From positions 15,645 to 79,644 of the forward strand of contig CAYTGU010000005.1 of NCBI GenBank assembly GCA_964437505.1: DNA of 64,000 nt. The letters run 5' to 3'. Shown piece by piece: positions 1 to 9,537 of the stretch. The DNA is from an uncultured bacterium. Its GTDB lineage: Bacteria > JAHJDO01. The number at the start of each line of letters is the position of its first letter. Position 1 is the stretch's first letter. The translations under genes were made by a program, and so were the position numbers. The notes beneath the pieces were generated by a model. The model searched no databases. It was not told the origin of the DNA and saw only the letters and a program-made list of their open reading frames with translations.

Positions 1-1157
1 TGCTTGGAACAGCTACTCCTTCCCTTGAAACATATTATAATATAGAAATAGGGAAGTATGAACTTATTGAGTTAAAAGAGCGGATAGATAAAAGAAAGCT
101 GCCTGATGTTAGGATTGTTGATATGCAGGATCGCAGTGTTCAGATTCCTGAGTCTCAGGTTTTTTCAAAGCCATTACTGAAGGCTATTAATGATAAACTT
201 TTAAAGAAAGAGCAAATAATATTATTCTTAAACAGGCGTGGGTTTTCAACGTTCATTATGTGCTATAAGTGTGGTTATGTTGCAAGATGTCCTGAGTGTA
301 ATGTTGCATTGGTTTATCATTCAAAACAGGATAAGGTACGATGTCATTATTGCAATTTTGAAGATAAACCTCCGAATATATGTCCTGAGTGTCAGGCTTT
401 CTATATGAAATACAGCGGTCATGGAACAGAGAAGATAGAGGAAGAAATATCAAACCTGTTTCCAGATGCGAAGTATCAAAGAATGGATACGGATACTACA
501 ACCCGAAAGAATTCTCATCAGGGAATATTAAAGGCATTCAGACATCATGAATTTGATATACTTATAGGAACGCAGATGATAGCAAAAGGACTGGATTTTC
601 CAAGGGTTACGCTGGTAGGAGTTATTTCTGCAGATACAAGTCTTTTTTTTCCGGACTTCCGCTCGGGAGAGAGGACATTCCAGCTTTTAACACAGATTGC
701 AGGTCGTTCAGGCAGAGGAACTGTTCCCGGAGAGGTTATTATTCAAACTCATAATCCAAATCATTACAGTATTATTACTTCGAGCACCTATAATTATAAT
801 GGTTTCTACAAAAAGGAAATGCTTTTCAGAAAAAGTCTTAACTATCCTCCTTTTAGGCACATAGTTCTTATAACCGTCAAGGGACACGACAATGCAAAAG
901 TTATAAGAGCGTCTAACGGGCTTGCTTTCCTGCTGCGGAAAGAATTGAAAGTACAGGATTGTCAACTTCTTGGACCGGCTCCGGCTCCTATGGCAAAAAT
1001 AAAGAATCAGTATCGCTGGCATATTCTCATAAAGCATAAGATGCCTGGGAAGATAAATATGTTTATTGAAAGATGTATGAAGGGATTAAAAGACAGCAAA
1101 TTGCAAATGGGCAAAACCAATATAATAGTAGATATTGATCCGATGAATACGCTATAA
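1..1157 (+). CDS. priA: Primosomal protein N' (PriA helicase), C-terminal part. The 5' end lies outside the window; the frame is open from nt 3.
   Basis: The frame is open from the window edge (LGTATPSLETY...). Helicase C-terminal motifs are present, as are the Cys-rich zinc-binding segments CYKCGYVARCPECN and CHYCN and a QIAGRSGR motif. Confidence 0.85.
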   Translation, partial: LGTATPSLETYYNIEIGKYELIELKERIDKRKLPDVRIVDMQDRSVQIPESQVFSKPLLKAINDKLLKKEQIILFLNRRGFSTFIMCYKCGYVARCPECNVALVYHSKQDKVRCHYCNFEDKPPNICPECQAFYMKYSGHGTEKIEEEISNLFPDAKYQRMDTDTTTRKNSHQGILKAFRHHEFDILIGTQMIAKGLDFPRVTLVGVISADTSLFFPDFRSGERTFQLLTQIAGRSGRGTVPGEVIIQTHNPNHYSIITSSTYNYNGFYKKEMLFRKSLNYPPFRHIVLITVKGHDNAKVIRASNGLAFLLRKELKVQDCQLLGPAPAPMAKIKNQYRWHILIKHKMPGKINMFIERCMKGLKDSKLQMGKTNIIVDIDPMNTL

Positions 1158-2239
1158 TGCTTTTTATGAAAACCCCCTTATATGACTGGCATGTTGCTAA
1201 TAAAGCAAGAATGGTTGAATTCGGCGGATGGGAAATGCCTGTTTATTATACTACTGTTTCCGATGAACATAATTGTGTCAGAGAAAACGCGGGACTTTTT
1301 GACCTGTGTCATATGGGTCAGATTAATGTTTCAGGAGACAGCGCATTAGAATTCCTGCAACGGATAACAACTAACAATATTTCCAAGATTGCTATCGGAC
1401 AGGTTCAGTATTCTTTGGTTTGCAACGATTCTGGCGGAGTTGTTGATGATATTCTTGTTTATAGGAAGAGTAATAGTTATCTCCTAATAGTAAACGCGTC
1501 TAATACTCGGAAGGATTTTGAATGGTTTAATACGCATAAAATACATGGTGTAGAGATTAGCAATATATCTAATAGTATTTTGATGTTAGCAATACAGGGA
1601 CCGAATGCCGAAAAATGTCTTCAGAAGATTGCGAATATAGATTTGAGAGAGATAAAGTACTATTGTTTTAGAATGGGGGAGATAAGTGGGACGAAGTCCC
1701 TGATATCACGAACAGGTTATACAGGAGAAGATGGGTTTGAAATATATGCAGAATGCGACACAAAGATCTGGGAAGCTATACTTGACGGGGGAAGAGAATA
1801 CGCAATTAAACCAATAGGACTTGGAGCGCGGGATACTCTGCGTTTGGAAGCAGCAATGTCTCTTTATGGACATGAATTAGATATAAATACTAATCCGTTG
1901 GAAGCTGGATTAGGACATTTTGTAGACCTTGATAAAAAAGAGTTCATAGGCAAAGATGCGATTGAAAGGATAAAGAAGGAGGGAATAAAGAGAAAACTAG
2001 TTGCGTTTCATATGCTGGAGAGAGGAATACCAAGACATGGATATAAGATATCTAAGAACGGGGAAGTAGTTGGGAAGGTAACAAGCGGCACAATGTCTCC
2101 GACTTTGAAAGAGTCAATAGGGCTGGGATATATAGAGAAAGAGTACTCGGATTTAAACACAAAGATAGATATTGTTATAAGAGATAAATATTGTGAAGCA
2201 ATCATTATAAAAAAACCATTTTATAAAAGAAGGGGATAG
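1157..2239 (+). CDS. gcvT: Glycine cleavage system T protein (aminomethyltransferase). The likely true start is the ATG at 1166 (MKTPLYDWH).
   Basis: N-terminal KTPLYDWHVANKARMVEFGGWEMPVYY and a GcvT-like length. The priA stop overlaps the start as TAATG, suggesting translational coupling. Confidence 0.9.
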   Translation: MLFMKTPLYDWHVANKARMVEFGGWEMPVYYTTVSDEHNCVRENAGLFDLCHMGQINVSGDSALEFLQRITTNNISKIAIGQVQYSLVCNDSGGVVDDILVYRKSNSYLLIVNASNTRKDFEWFNTHKIHGVEISNISNSILMLAIQGPNAEKCLQKIANIDLREIKYYCFRMGEISGTKSLISRTGYTGEDGFEIYAECDTKIWEAILDGGREYAIKPIGLGARDTLRLEAAMSLYGHELDINTNPLEAGLGHFVDLDKKEFIGKDAIERIKKEGIKRKLVAFHMLERGIPRHGYKISKNGEVVGKVTSGTMSPTLKESIGLGYIEKEYSDLNTKIDIVIRDKYCEAIIIKKPFYKRRG

Positions 2240-2241
2240 TA

Positions 2242-2634
2242 ATGGAAATAGAAGAGAAGGAATTTAAATTCACAGAAACACACGAATGGATCAATGTCTC
2301 GGGGAACACTGGCAAAGTAGGTCTCTCGGAGCATGCAGTAAAAGAATTAAATGAGGTGGTTTTTATTGAACTTCCTGAAGTTGGAGCGCAAGTTAGCAGA
2401 GGCAAACCATTTGGAACAGTTGAGTCTGTTAAAGCGGTTTTTGATTTGAATTCGCCTGTAACTGGAAAGATTATAACTGTAAACCAATTAGTGAAAGACA
2501 GCCCTGAAAATATTACTTCATCTCCATATAAAGAAGGCTGGATGATAGAAGTAGAATTGTCCGATATTTCTGAGCTCAGTTCATTAATGGACTATAAAGA
2601 ATACAAACAATTTCTTGAAAGCAAAGGAGAATGA
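2242..2634 (+). CDS. gcvH: Glycine cleavage system H protein (lipoyl carrier).
   Basis: 130 aa with a lipoyl-lysine context VESVKAV. It is positioned between gcvT and the P-protein gene. Confidence 0.9.
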   Translation: MEIEEKEFKFTETHEWINVSGNTGKVGLSEHAVKELNEVVFIELPEVGAQVSRGKPFGTVESVKAVFDLNSPVTGKIITVNQLVKDSPENITSSPYKEGWMIEVELSDISELSSLMDYKEYKQFLESKGE

Positions 2635-2640
2635 AATAAA

Positions 2641-3978
2641 TTGGTGTATATACCAAATACTTCCATGGATAAAAAAGAAATGTTAGAGACTATAGGATGT
2701 AGATCTATAGATGATTTATTTAGTGGAATAGATCAGAAAGTTAAGGTAAATGGCAAATTAAAGTTGCCGAAATCCCTGTCCGAAATGGAAGTTGCAGCCC
2801 TTATAAAAGAGATAGGAGAGAAAAATACTAATTTGAAAGATTATACATCGTTTCTTGGCGGAGGAGCGTATGAACATTTTATTCCGAGTGTTGTAAAGCA
2901 TATTACAGGCAGGTCAGAGTTTTATACTGCCTATACTCCATATCAGGCTGAAGCGAGTCAGGGGACATTGCAGGCAATATATGAATATCAGTCTCTTATA
3001 TGTGAACTTACTGGAATGGATGTTTCAAATGCATCCATGTATGATGGAGCATCAGCAGTGTCTGAAGCAGCTTTCATGGCATCAAGAATTACAGGACTAA
3101 AGAAGATTATTGTCTCAGAAACGGTTCATCCTAATTATCGTCAGGTTTTAAAGACATATACTGAAGCTGCTGATTTGGAATTGCAAGATATTGCATCCAA
3201 AGATGGAGTGACGGATATAGATATGTTGAAAGAATCGGTAGATGATAATACAGCATGTGTAATAATTCAGAATCCAAACTTTTTTGGATGTATTGAAAAT
3301 ATGGATACTATTGAGCATATTGTCCATTCTAAGAAATCGCTGTTTATTGTGTGCGTTGATCCGATATCTCTCGGCATTTTAGCTCCACCTGAAGAATATA
3401 ACGCAGATATTGTTGTTGGTGAGGGGCAGTCTCTTGGTAATAACCTTGCTTTTGGAGGTCCTTATTTAGGGATTTTTGCCTGCAAGAAGGATTTTCTTCG
3501 GCAACTGCCCGGAAGAATCGCAGGAAAAACAAAGGATAAAAATGGAAAGACAGGATATGTTCTAACTCTACAAACACGTGAACAGCATATAAGAAGAGCA
3601 AGAGCAACTTCGAATATCTGTTCTAATCAGGCTTTAAACGCTCTTGCTTGTACTGTATATCTTTCATGTATGGGAAAACAGGGTATTCCCAGTGTAGGTA
3701 ATTTATGTTTGCAGAAAGCGCATTATGCTCAAAATCAGATTGAAAAGATAGATGGATATACTTTGAAATTCAAGCAGCCGTTCTTTAAGGAATTTCTTAT
3801 ACAATGTCCCAGAAATCCTGAAGAGATTAATAAGAAATTATTAGAGCACAAGATAATTGGCGGTCTCGCAGCTAGCAAATTTTATCCTGAGTTAAAAGAT
3901 TGTATGCTTGTGTGTGTAACTGAGATGAGAACAAAAGAACAAATTGACAGATTCATTGATGTACTTGCCAATATCTGA
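2641..3978 (+). CDS. gcvPA: Glycine dehydrogenase (decarboxylating) subunit 1 (P-protein N-terminal subunit). The start may be the ATG at 2665 (MDKKEMLE).
   Basis: 445 aa with TAYTPYQAEASQG and ASMYDGASA motifs typical of GcvPA. It lies in the gcvT-gcvH-gcvPA gene order. Confidence 0.88.
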   Translation: MVYIPNTSMDKKEMLETIGCRSIDDLFSGIDQKVKVNGKLKLPKSLSEMEVAALIKEIGEKNTNLKDYTSFLGGGAYEHFIPSVVKHITGRSEFYTAYTPYQAEASQGTLQAIYEYQSLICELTGMDVSNASMYDGASAVSEAAFMASRITGLKKIIVSETVHPNYRQVLKTYTEAADLELQDIASKDGVTDIDMLKESVDDNTACVIIQNPNFFGCIENMDTIEHIVHSKKSLFIVCVDPISLGILAPPEEYNADIVVGEGQSLGNNLAFGGPYLGIFACKKDFLRQLPGRIAGKTKDKNGKTGYVLTLQTREQHIRRARATSNICSNQALNALACTVYLSCMGKQGIPSVGNLCLQKAHYAQNQIEKIDGYTLKFKQPFFKEFLIQCPRNPEEINKKLLEHKIIGGLAASKFYPELKDCMLVCVTEMRTKEQIDRFIDVLANI

Positions 3979-3979
3979 A

Positions 3980-4105
3980 TTACCAATAAAGAAGTGCAAG
4001 AAGTATTATCATAGCAACTGTTGCCAGAATAGCAAAGATATCCCATCCTTTAATTTTGTACTTTGCCTTCGTATACTTCCAACCGTCTTTTATATCTTTA
4101 AACAT
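3980..4105 (-). CDS. Small (41 aa) single-TM hydrophobic peptide: MFKDIKDGWKYTKAKYKIKGWDIFAILATVAMIILLALLYW. It is not in the ORF track because it is under 60 aa.
   Basis: I translated this by hand. A GGAGAAGGA RBS sits 4 nt upstream of the ATG. It has a Lys-rich N-terminus followed by one transmembrane helix, and sits in the convergent gap just after the ADH stop. Confidence 0.3.
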   Translation of the reverse strand: MFKDIKDGWKYTKAKYKIKGWDIFAILATVAMIILLALLYW

Positions 4106-4129
4106 TCCTTCTCCATATTAAGTTAAGAT

Positions 4130-5164
4130 TCAAAAAGAAATAAATGCCTTAATTACACCGTCTTTGTAATTGGAAACAAGTTCAAATGCTTTAGTGGCCT
4201 CTTCTGCTTTGAATCTATGAGTTATGAAAGGGTCTAATTTTATTCTGCCTTGAACAATATTTTCTACAACTTCAGGAAGCTCTCTACGCTGACGGCGAAT
4301 ATTTATAAGCGTTAATTCTTTTCTGCGCATTTTATCAGGCACAAACGACACGGTTTTTGCTTGGGGAATTCCTATCATTATTAGTTTACCGCCAGGCCTT
4401 AAAATATCCACTGCATGGTCAAGTGTCTCCTGTTTCCCTGCACATTCAAAAACGATATCAATACCGTTTTGGCAGACGCTGTTTATTTTTTCAATAATAT
4501 TTTCTTTACTTGGATTAAATCCATAGTTTATGCCAAGTTTTTTTACAACACCTAATCTTTCATTAATAAGATCAGTTCCAAATATATTTTCCGGATTTTT
4601 TAATTTTGAAAATACCAATACAGATAGTCCTATTGGTCCCAGACCAAGTATTGCGATATTCTGATGAGCTTCCTGTTTACTAATCTTTACAGCATACGAA
4701 CCAATACATAATGGTTCTGTTAAGACTGCTTGTTCAAAGCTCATAGTATCAGGAACGTTACATAAGCTGTTCTCAGGCATTACGATATATTCCGAAAAAG
4801 AGCCTTCTATTTGTCCCGGGCATCCGAGAAATTTAAGACTTCTGCAGGTATTTTCTCTGCCTGTAAGACACTGGTCACACTCCCCACAGGTAATTGCCGG
4901 GTCTATAGCTACCTTATCTCCAATTTTTATCTTTTTAACCTCAGCACCTATATCTTCAACTATCCCCGAACATTCATGTCCTAAGGTAAAGGGATATTCA
5001 ACGACCTGTGAGCCAATTTTCCCAGTCTTATAATAGTGAACATCCGAGCCGCAGATACCAACGGATTTTATTTTAATTAATACATCATCTGAATTGACTA
5101 TCTTTGGCTTGGCAACCTCCAACATCTCAAGTTTTTTGAGTGCTGCAAGTTTGATTGCTTTCAT
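4130..5164 (-). CDS. Zinc-dependent medium-chain alcohol/polyol dehydrogenase (sorbitol/L-iditol dehydrogenase-like).
   Basis: A GICGSDVHYY catalytic-zinc motif, a GHECSG motif, a CGECDQC structural-zinc motif and a GLGPIG Rossmann fold. Confidence 0.8.
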   Translation of the reverse strand: MKAIKLAALKKLEMLEVAKPKIVNSDDVLIKIKSVGICGSDVHYYKTGKIGSQVVEYPFTLGHECSGIVEDIGAEVKKIKIGDKVAIDPAITCGECDQCLTGRENTCRSLKFLGCPGQIEGSFSEYIVMPENSLCNVPDTMSFEQAVLTEPLCIGSYAVKISKQEAHQNIAILGLGPIGLSVLVFSKLKNPENIFGTDLINERLGVVKKLGINYGFNPSKENIIEKINSVCQNGIDIVFECAGKQETLDHAVDILRPGGKLIMIGIPQAKTVSFVPDKMRRKELTLINIRRQRRELPEVVENIVQGRIKLDPFITHRFKAEEATKAFELVSNYKDGVIKAFISF

Positions 5165-5165
5165 T

Positions 5166-6287
5166 TTACGTTAATATTCTTTTTACAACATCTATTGTTT
5201 TTCCTGCATCACCTGTTGCCTGTGCTTTCTTTAGCTCGTCTCGTTTAGCATATATCATCAGAGCTTTTTTCATTACATTAGCAAACAGTTCTCTAGAGAG
5301 AGACATTGCTTTTACAGGGTCCATTCTGTAAGTGAACTGATCTTCTCCAAACCATCCCTGATATCCTGTATCAATTGCTGCGTAACAGAAGTCAGCCAAT
5401 CTCCAATTATCTCCTGTTCCAGCAACTCTGTCCTCATCATTGGAGTGCAATTTTGCATTATTGACATGAAAGTTAGCTACAGGGACGCCGAACTTCTGCA
5501 CTGCATAAAGAGTAAAGGCAGGTTCTACCGCATACATCTGCTCATGACCATAGTCAACACAAACACCCATATTCCTACCTCCACATTCTTCATTAATCTT
5601 TTTGGCAACCAAAGCTGCACAATGAGTGGTAGGAATAATCATATTGCCTTCTCTTGGCTCGTGGAGTTTTGCTTCAACTCCAAATTTCAATCCAAACTTT
5701 TTAGCTTTTTTATTTATCTCGATACATCCTTGTATGAATCTGTCAAGAAGCACGCCATAGTTAGCTTGAAAGTTATAATCCCACCCATCCGAACCAGGCC
5801 AGAGAGCAACGCTTGCGCATCCAACCTCTTTTGCTATCTCAATCCCCTGAAGCACTATCTCAAGCGCATCTTTTCTTACTGTGGGATTTGCATTTGTTAT
5901 TCCCCCAAGTTTCCATTTTGGATCAGTCCAGAGGTTTGTATTCATATTTGTTGGTGTAACTTTATATTTCTTAAGAGCTTTTTTTACTTCATCTATGAGC
6001 TTTTTGTTCTTCCTGTAATTTTTGTCTATAAAAACAGCCTCGTGAAACTCTATTCCCTTTATTCCTGCTTCTGCCACTTTTTGTATTTGAGAAACTATAT
6101 CACTTTTGAAGTTCGTATTATCGCTGTTATACCCGACAGGTGCGAATCTATCGCAGAAGTCCCCTGCGCACCAATGTCCCGCAGCAAACTTTATCTCGTA
6201 TGTTTCAAAGAACTCATCAAGTTTTCCCCCTTCAAGATATCCTGAAAATTTTGGTAGTTGACCTAAGGTGTTTTTGTTTGCTTTCAT
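5166..6287 (-). CDS. Xylose-isomerase-like TIM-barrel sugar isomerase. It is a candidate L-rhamnose (6-deoxyhexose) isomerase of the RhaI type.
   Basis: 373 aa. An N-terminal FAAGHWCAGDFCDRF segment resembles the xylose isomerase metal-site region. Assignment to rhamnose isomerase is by context (kinase and aldolase in the same operon) and is inference. Confidence 0.55.
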   Translation of the reverse strand: MKANKNTLGQLPKFSGYLEGGKLDEFFETYEIKFAAGHWCAGDFCDRFAPVGYNSDNTNFKSDIVSQIQKVAEAGIKGIEFHEAVFIDKNYRKNKKLIDEVKKALKKYKVTPTNMNTNLWTDPKWKLGGITNANPTVRKDALEIVLQGIEIAKEVGCASVALWPGSDGWDYNFQANYGVLLDRFIQGCIEINKKAKKFGLKFGVEAKLHEPREGNMIIPTTHCAALVAKKINEECGGRNMGVCVDYGHEQMYAVEPAFTLYAVQKFGVPVANFHVNNAKLHSNDEDRVAGTGDNWRLADFCYAAIDTGYQGWFGEDQFTYRMDPVKAMSLSRELFANVMKKALMIYAKRDELKKAQATGDAGKTIDVVKRILT

Positions 6288-6358
6288 CCTTTAATATCCA
6301 GATTTTAAAATTACGCTTCTCATAACTGAATTAATGATAGCTTTGGAGAGATTGTTCG

Positions 6359-9349
6359 TCAAGCTAAATCTGCGGACTCAATAACTTCTACTTTACCAAA
6401 TATTCCATAGGGTGCAAACTTATAGTTATCTGTCCATTTTTCTTCATTGCAAAATTCTCCTGGTCCTGTCCATTGCAGTTTCCCTTTATAGTGAAGCGGA
6501 CCAAGCATATTTCTCAGGCTTCCTACAAGCTCAAGACTGATTTTGTTAGTGCCTTTTTTTAGAAGATTTGTAATATCCAGTCCATAAGGCTCCCAGCACA
6601 AAAGACCAGCTTGTCTATTGTTTATCTTTATATTTATTACCGTTGCCTTATGCTTATTAATCTTGAGTATATATTTCCTGCTTTTTCTCTTATCAACAGA
6701 TATATCCTGCTTATATGTTATTGCCCCAGGATAAAATGGAAAGCCTTGTTCTACCCAATCACCTGTTTTGATTGTATCTTTTTGTTTCTCAAGAACAAGA
6801 TTATTCTTATTAACGCTGAAGTCACCGAGTATATAACAATTTTCTAGCTCAACATCCTGTCTATATTTCTTTGTCACAACTAGCAGTTCATTTTTGCCTT
6901 TTTTTGCATATTTAGCTATTGGGATTAGTTTGAAACTTATATCAATGTACCATTCAGGGTTTTTATACGTAACCTTTTTGTTATTAACGAAAATATCGAA
7001 GTTTTGCGGCTCTTCGATCAACAAATTAATATTATTGACAGAAGCTAGATTTGATAAGAATTCGAATCTTAGAGAGACCTTTGCATTGTCTAAGTCTTTC
7101 ATATTCTTGTATGCTTTCCAGAATTGAACACCACTGTTACTCTTTATCTCAGGCAATCCAAAACGTTCCCTGATCTGTTCATGGGCTTTCCATACAGGGA
7201 GCATTCTGCTCCATTTATTATTATTTATCCTGTATCTACAGAAATCAAGTGTCAGAGCATTCATATGAGACAACTCGATATCCCACTTGTCCTCTGAAAT
7301 CGCTACTTTTTGTGTTTCCATTTCCTTTATTTCCACAGCTTTTGGGTTCTTCTTTGGATTTAATAATAGAAGCAATGAACCTGTTGGATATATACGTTCT
7401 TTTGTTTCAGCATATTCTGCAGTATTTGTAGTTCCAACTTCACAGACATCTCCTGTTTCAGTGTTCCATTTTTCGAAAACTCCTTTCCCTTTCATTCTTA
7501 TCGTAAGATTAAACCCTTTTCCCCTGTTTGTGTTAACCAAAAAGAGAAATCTCTTTTTGCCTATTTCTCTGAGCTGATAGATAATGTCTTTTGCGTCGTC
7601 CTTATTCTCGCCTGAAATTTGGACTTCCTTTTTCGAGACTTTATCGAGTGTTTTCTCTATTTTGTGCTTATCGTTATTTATTATCAGGGCATTTTTCTTT
7701 AAAAATTCCGTTATCTCATTATCCAGACTTCCGTCCACTCTATCCGGCAGATTTCCTATGGTTATAATTTTCCCACCTTGTATAGTAAAATCTTTTAACA
7801 GTTTAAATGTATTGCTATTCCATGTGATAGAGCAGGGGATAATTACTGCTTTATATCCAGCTTCTCCAATTACAAATTTCCCATCTTTTACTTTTCCATA
7901 TTTCTCGATTATCATCTCATCCCCGTAATCATAATCTCTGTGAATCTCAAGAAGATTTTTTGAGAGCTTCAAGAATTCCTTGTCTAATTCGTTCAACGCT
8001 TCGGTTCCTTTTGGATGATACACACTCCATGCGCTTCCTATTGGGTGAAGAACTAGAATATCTCTTATAGCTTTTCCCTGAGACAGGATAAAGCTTAGTC
8101 TGCCATAATAATCTTCTACTTTCTTGTAATACTTCCACCATGGAGATTGATAATGGATTGAAGCAGGATAATCTCTCTTTCTGCATCCTTTTAAAGAATA
8201 CAAAGATAGGTGCTGGCATCTGAAGTTTACCCCAAGCGCATACTGCCAATCACCAATCCATTTCTGTCCCTCAAAACTAAAATCCCAGCCTGTGCATCCG
8301 TAAAGTTCTGATAAAACTCTTTCCCGTCCAAGCTGATTTGCAACAGAAGAACACTGTTTTACTGTTAGAATTTCCGATATGCTTTCTGTGAGAATATCTA
8401 TCCCCGGCTGATGCATATACATATAATGTGGCATTGCTGCGCCAATGGCATCGGTTTGAGACTTCAGACTTAGTTCGGAAAGGTAATGCCCTGTTTGCTG
8501 AAGATTGTGCTTTTCGCACCAGTTATAAATATTCTCAGAAAAGCTCTTGAGGAATAGTTCCGTTGCACATTTCCAATAATTATATCTATGTTTTTTAAAA
8601 TCTCCAGTTTCATATATTAAAGAAGGCAAATTATCAATAATACTGTAATTACATCTTGACTTAAAATATTCAGGAAGTTTGTCTGTCCATGGAAGTACAG
8701 CTTTTACTTTCTTTGGTTTGATCTCATCAAAACCAGGCCAATGATGATAATTCGGCTCATCAGTAAAAATACCTGATATTACTTCCCCAAATTTTTCGCC
8801 TGCTTCTTTTAAATAAGCTTCATGAGTGCTTTTTATAAACTCCCGAACTGCTTCCTTACTCATTGTGTCAAGGTATGATGCTCCGTTATACCTTGGGCTG
8901 TCAGGAGCGTACTCAAAGGTTACAACTAATAATTTCTTTTTGGCATTTGGTATGGCCTTTACCAATATCTTTCCTTTAACGTTCTTAACATCTTTTGAAG
9001 AAATTTCCCTAAAAACAATTCCTTTATTTCTATATTTTTTGTTTTTTGATGTAACAATCCCACCTGCTGCCCCGCTCGGGTACCCGTCCTCATCATAAAG
9101 CCATGCGTTCATTCCTGTCTTTTTAGCCTCATCCACACATACTTTTATCATCTTCATCCATTCTTTAGACAAATATTCTGTAATAAGCCCAACTCTTGAA
9201 TGCATGAAAAATCCGCCCATGCCGGACTTTTTCATCTCTCTTATCTGTCTTCTTAATTCATTCTCTTCCAGCTTATCATTCCAGCTCCAGAACGGCGCTC
9301 CCCGCCAATCCTTGCCTGGATCTTTGAATGTTTTTTGTGTCTGACTCAT
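6359..9349 (-). CDS. Large (996 aa) putative glycoside hydrolase. It is a candidate alpha-L-rhamnosidase-like enzyme by context only.
   Basis: The N-terminal segment (RGAPFWSWNDKL ... EMKKSGMGGFFMHSRVGL ... WLYDEDGYPSG) reads like a TIM-barrel glycosidase catalytic domain. No signal peptide is obvious. The family was not confidently recognised. Confidence 0.4.
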   Translation of the reverse strand: MSQTQKTFKDPGKDWRGAPFWSWNDKLEENELRRQIREMKKSGMGGFFMHSRVGLITEYLSKEWMKMIKVCVDEAKKTGMNAWLYDEDGYPSGAAGGIVTSKNKKYRNKGIVFREISSKDVKNVKGKILVKAIPNAKKKLLVVTFEYAPDSPRYNGASYLDTMSKEAVREFIKSTHEAYLKEAGEKFGEVISGIFTDEPNYHHWPGFDEIKPKKVKAVLPWTDKLPEYFKSRCNYSIIDNLPSLIYETGDFKKHRYNYWKCATELFLKSFSENIYNWCEKHNLQQTGHYLSELSLKSQTDAIGAAMPHYMYMHQPGIDILTESISEILTVKQCSSVANQLGRERVLSELYGCTGWDFSFEGQKWIGDWQYALGVNFRCQHLSLYSLKGCRKRDYPASIHYQSPWWKYYKKVEDYYGRLSFILSQGKAIRDILVLHPIGSAWSVYHPKGTEALNELDKEFLKLSKNLLEIHRDYDYGDEMIIEKYGKVKDGKFVIGEAGYKAVIIPCSITWNSNTFKLLKDFTIQGGKIITIGNLPDRVDGSLDNEITEFLKKNALIINNDKHKIEKTLDKVSKKEVQISGENKDDAKDIIYQLREIGKKRFLFLVNTNRGKGFNLTIRMKGKGVFEKWNTETGDVCEVGTTNTAEYAETKERIYPTGSLLLLLNPKKNPKAVEIKEMETQKVAISEDKWDIELSHMNALTLDFCRYRINNNKWSRMLPVWKAHEQIRERFGLPEIKSNSGVQFWKAYKNMKDLDNAKVSLRFEFLSNLASVNNINLLIEEPQNFDIFVNNKKVTYKNPEWYIDISFKLIPIAKYAKKGKNELLVVTKKYRQDVELENCYILGDFSVNKNNLVLEKQKDTIKTGDWVEQGFPFYPGAITYKQDISVDKRKSRKYILKINKHKATVINIKINNRQAGLLCWEPYGLDITNLLKKGTNKISLELVGSLRNMLGPLHYKGKLQWTGPGEFCNEEKWTDNYKFAPYGIFGKVEVIESADLA

Positions 9350-9537
9350 AAATTTTCCCCTTTTCAGTGTTTTATTATTTCTTTGTGTCTTTACCGTACT
9401 GATTATAATTCATGTTGAAAAAACAAGCTATAAGGATTTTAAGAAAAACTAGGAGGGTTTTAGAATTTTCTGTATTCTCTGGGGGAGGTTTTTGTGGATT
9501 CTTTAAATATCTTTGTCATAATTTTCTTCAACGTATC

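Noticed and set aside
1100-1170. I looked for a glycine riboswitch upstream of gcvT.
   Set aside because: There is no intergenic space, because the priA stop overlaps the gcvT start. None of the tandem aptamer consensus elements were seen.
5445-6245. A 266-aa ORF on the plus strand, opposite the xylose-isomerase-like gene. Similar long antisense ORFs occur at 6611-9098, 24388-25144, 27272-27809, 29749-30273, 45081-45422, 46467-47277 and 48403-49047.
   Set aside because: These are low-complexity, Ile/Phe/Leu/Ser-rich translations, entirely embedded in well-supported genes on the other strand. They are typical shadow ORFs of AT-rich DNA, with no RBS and no recognisable domain.
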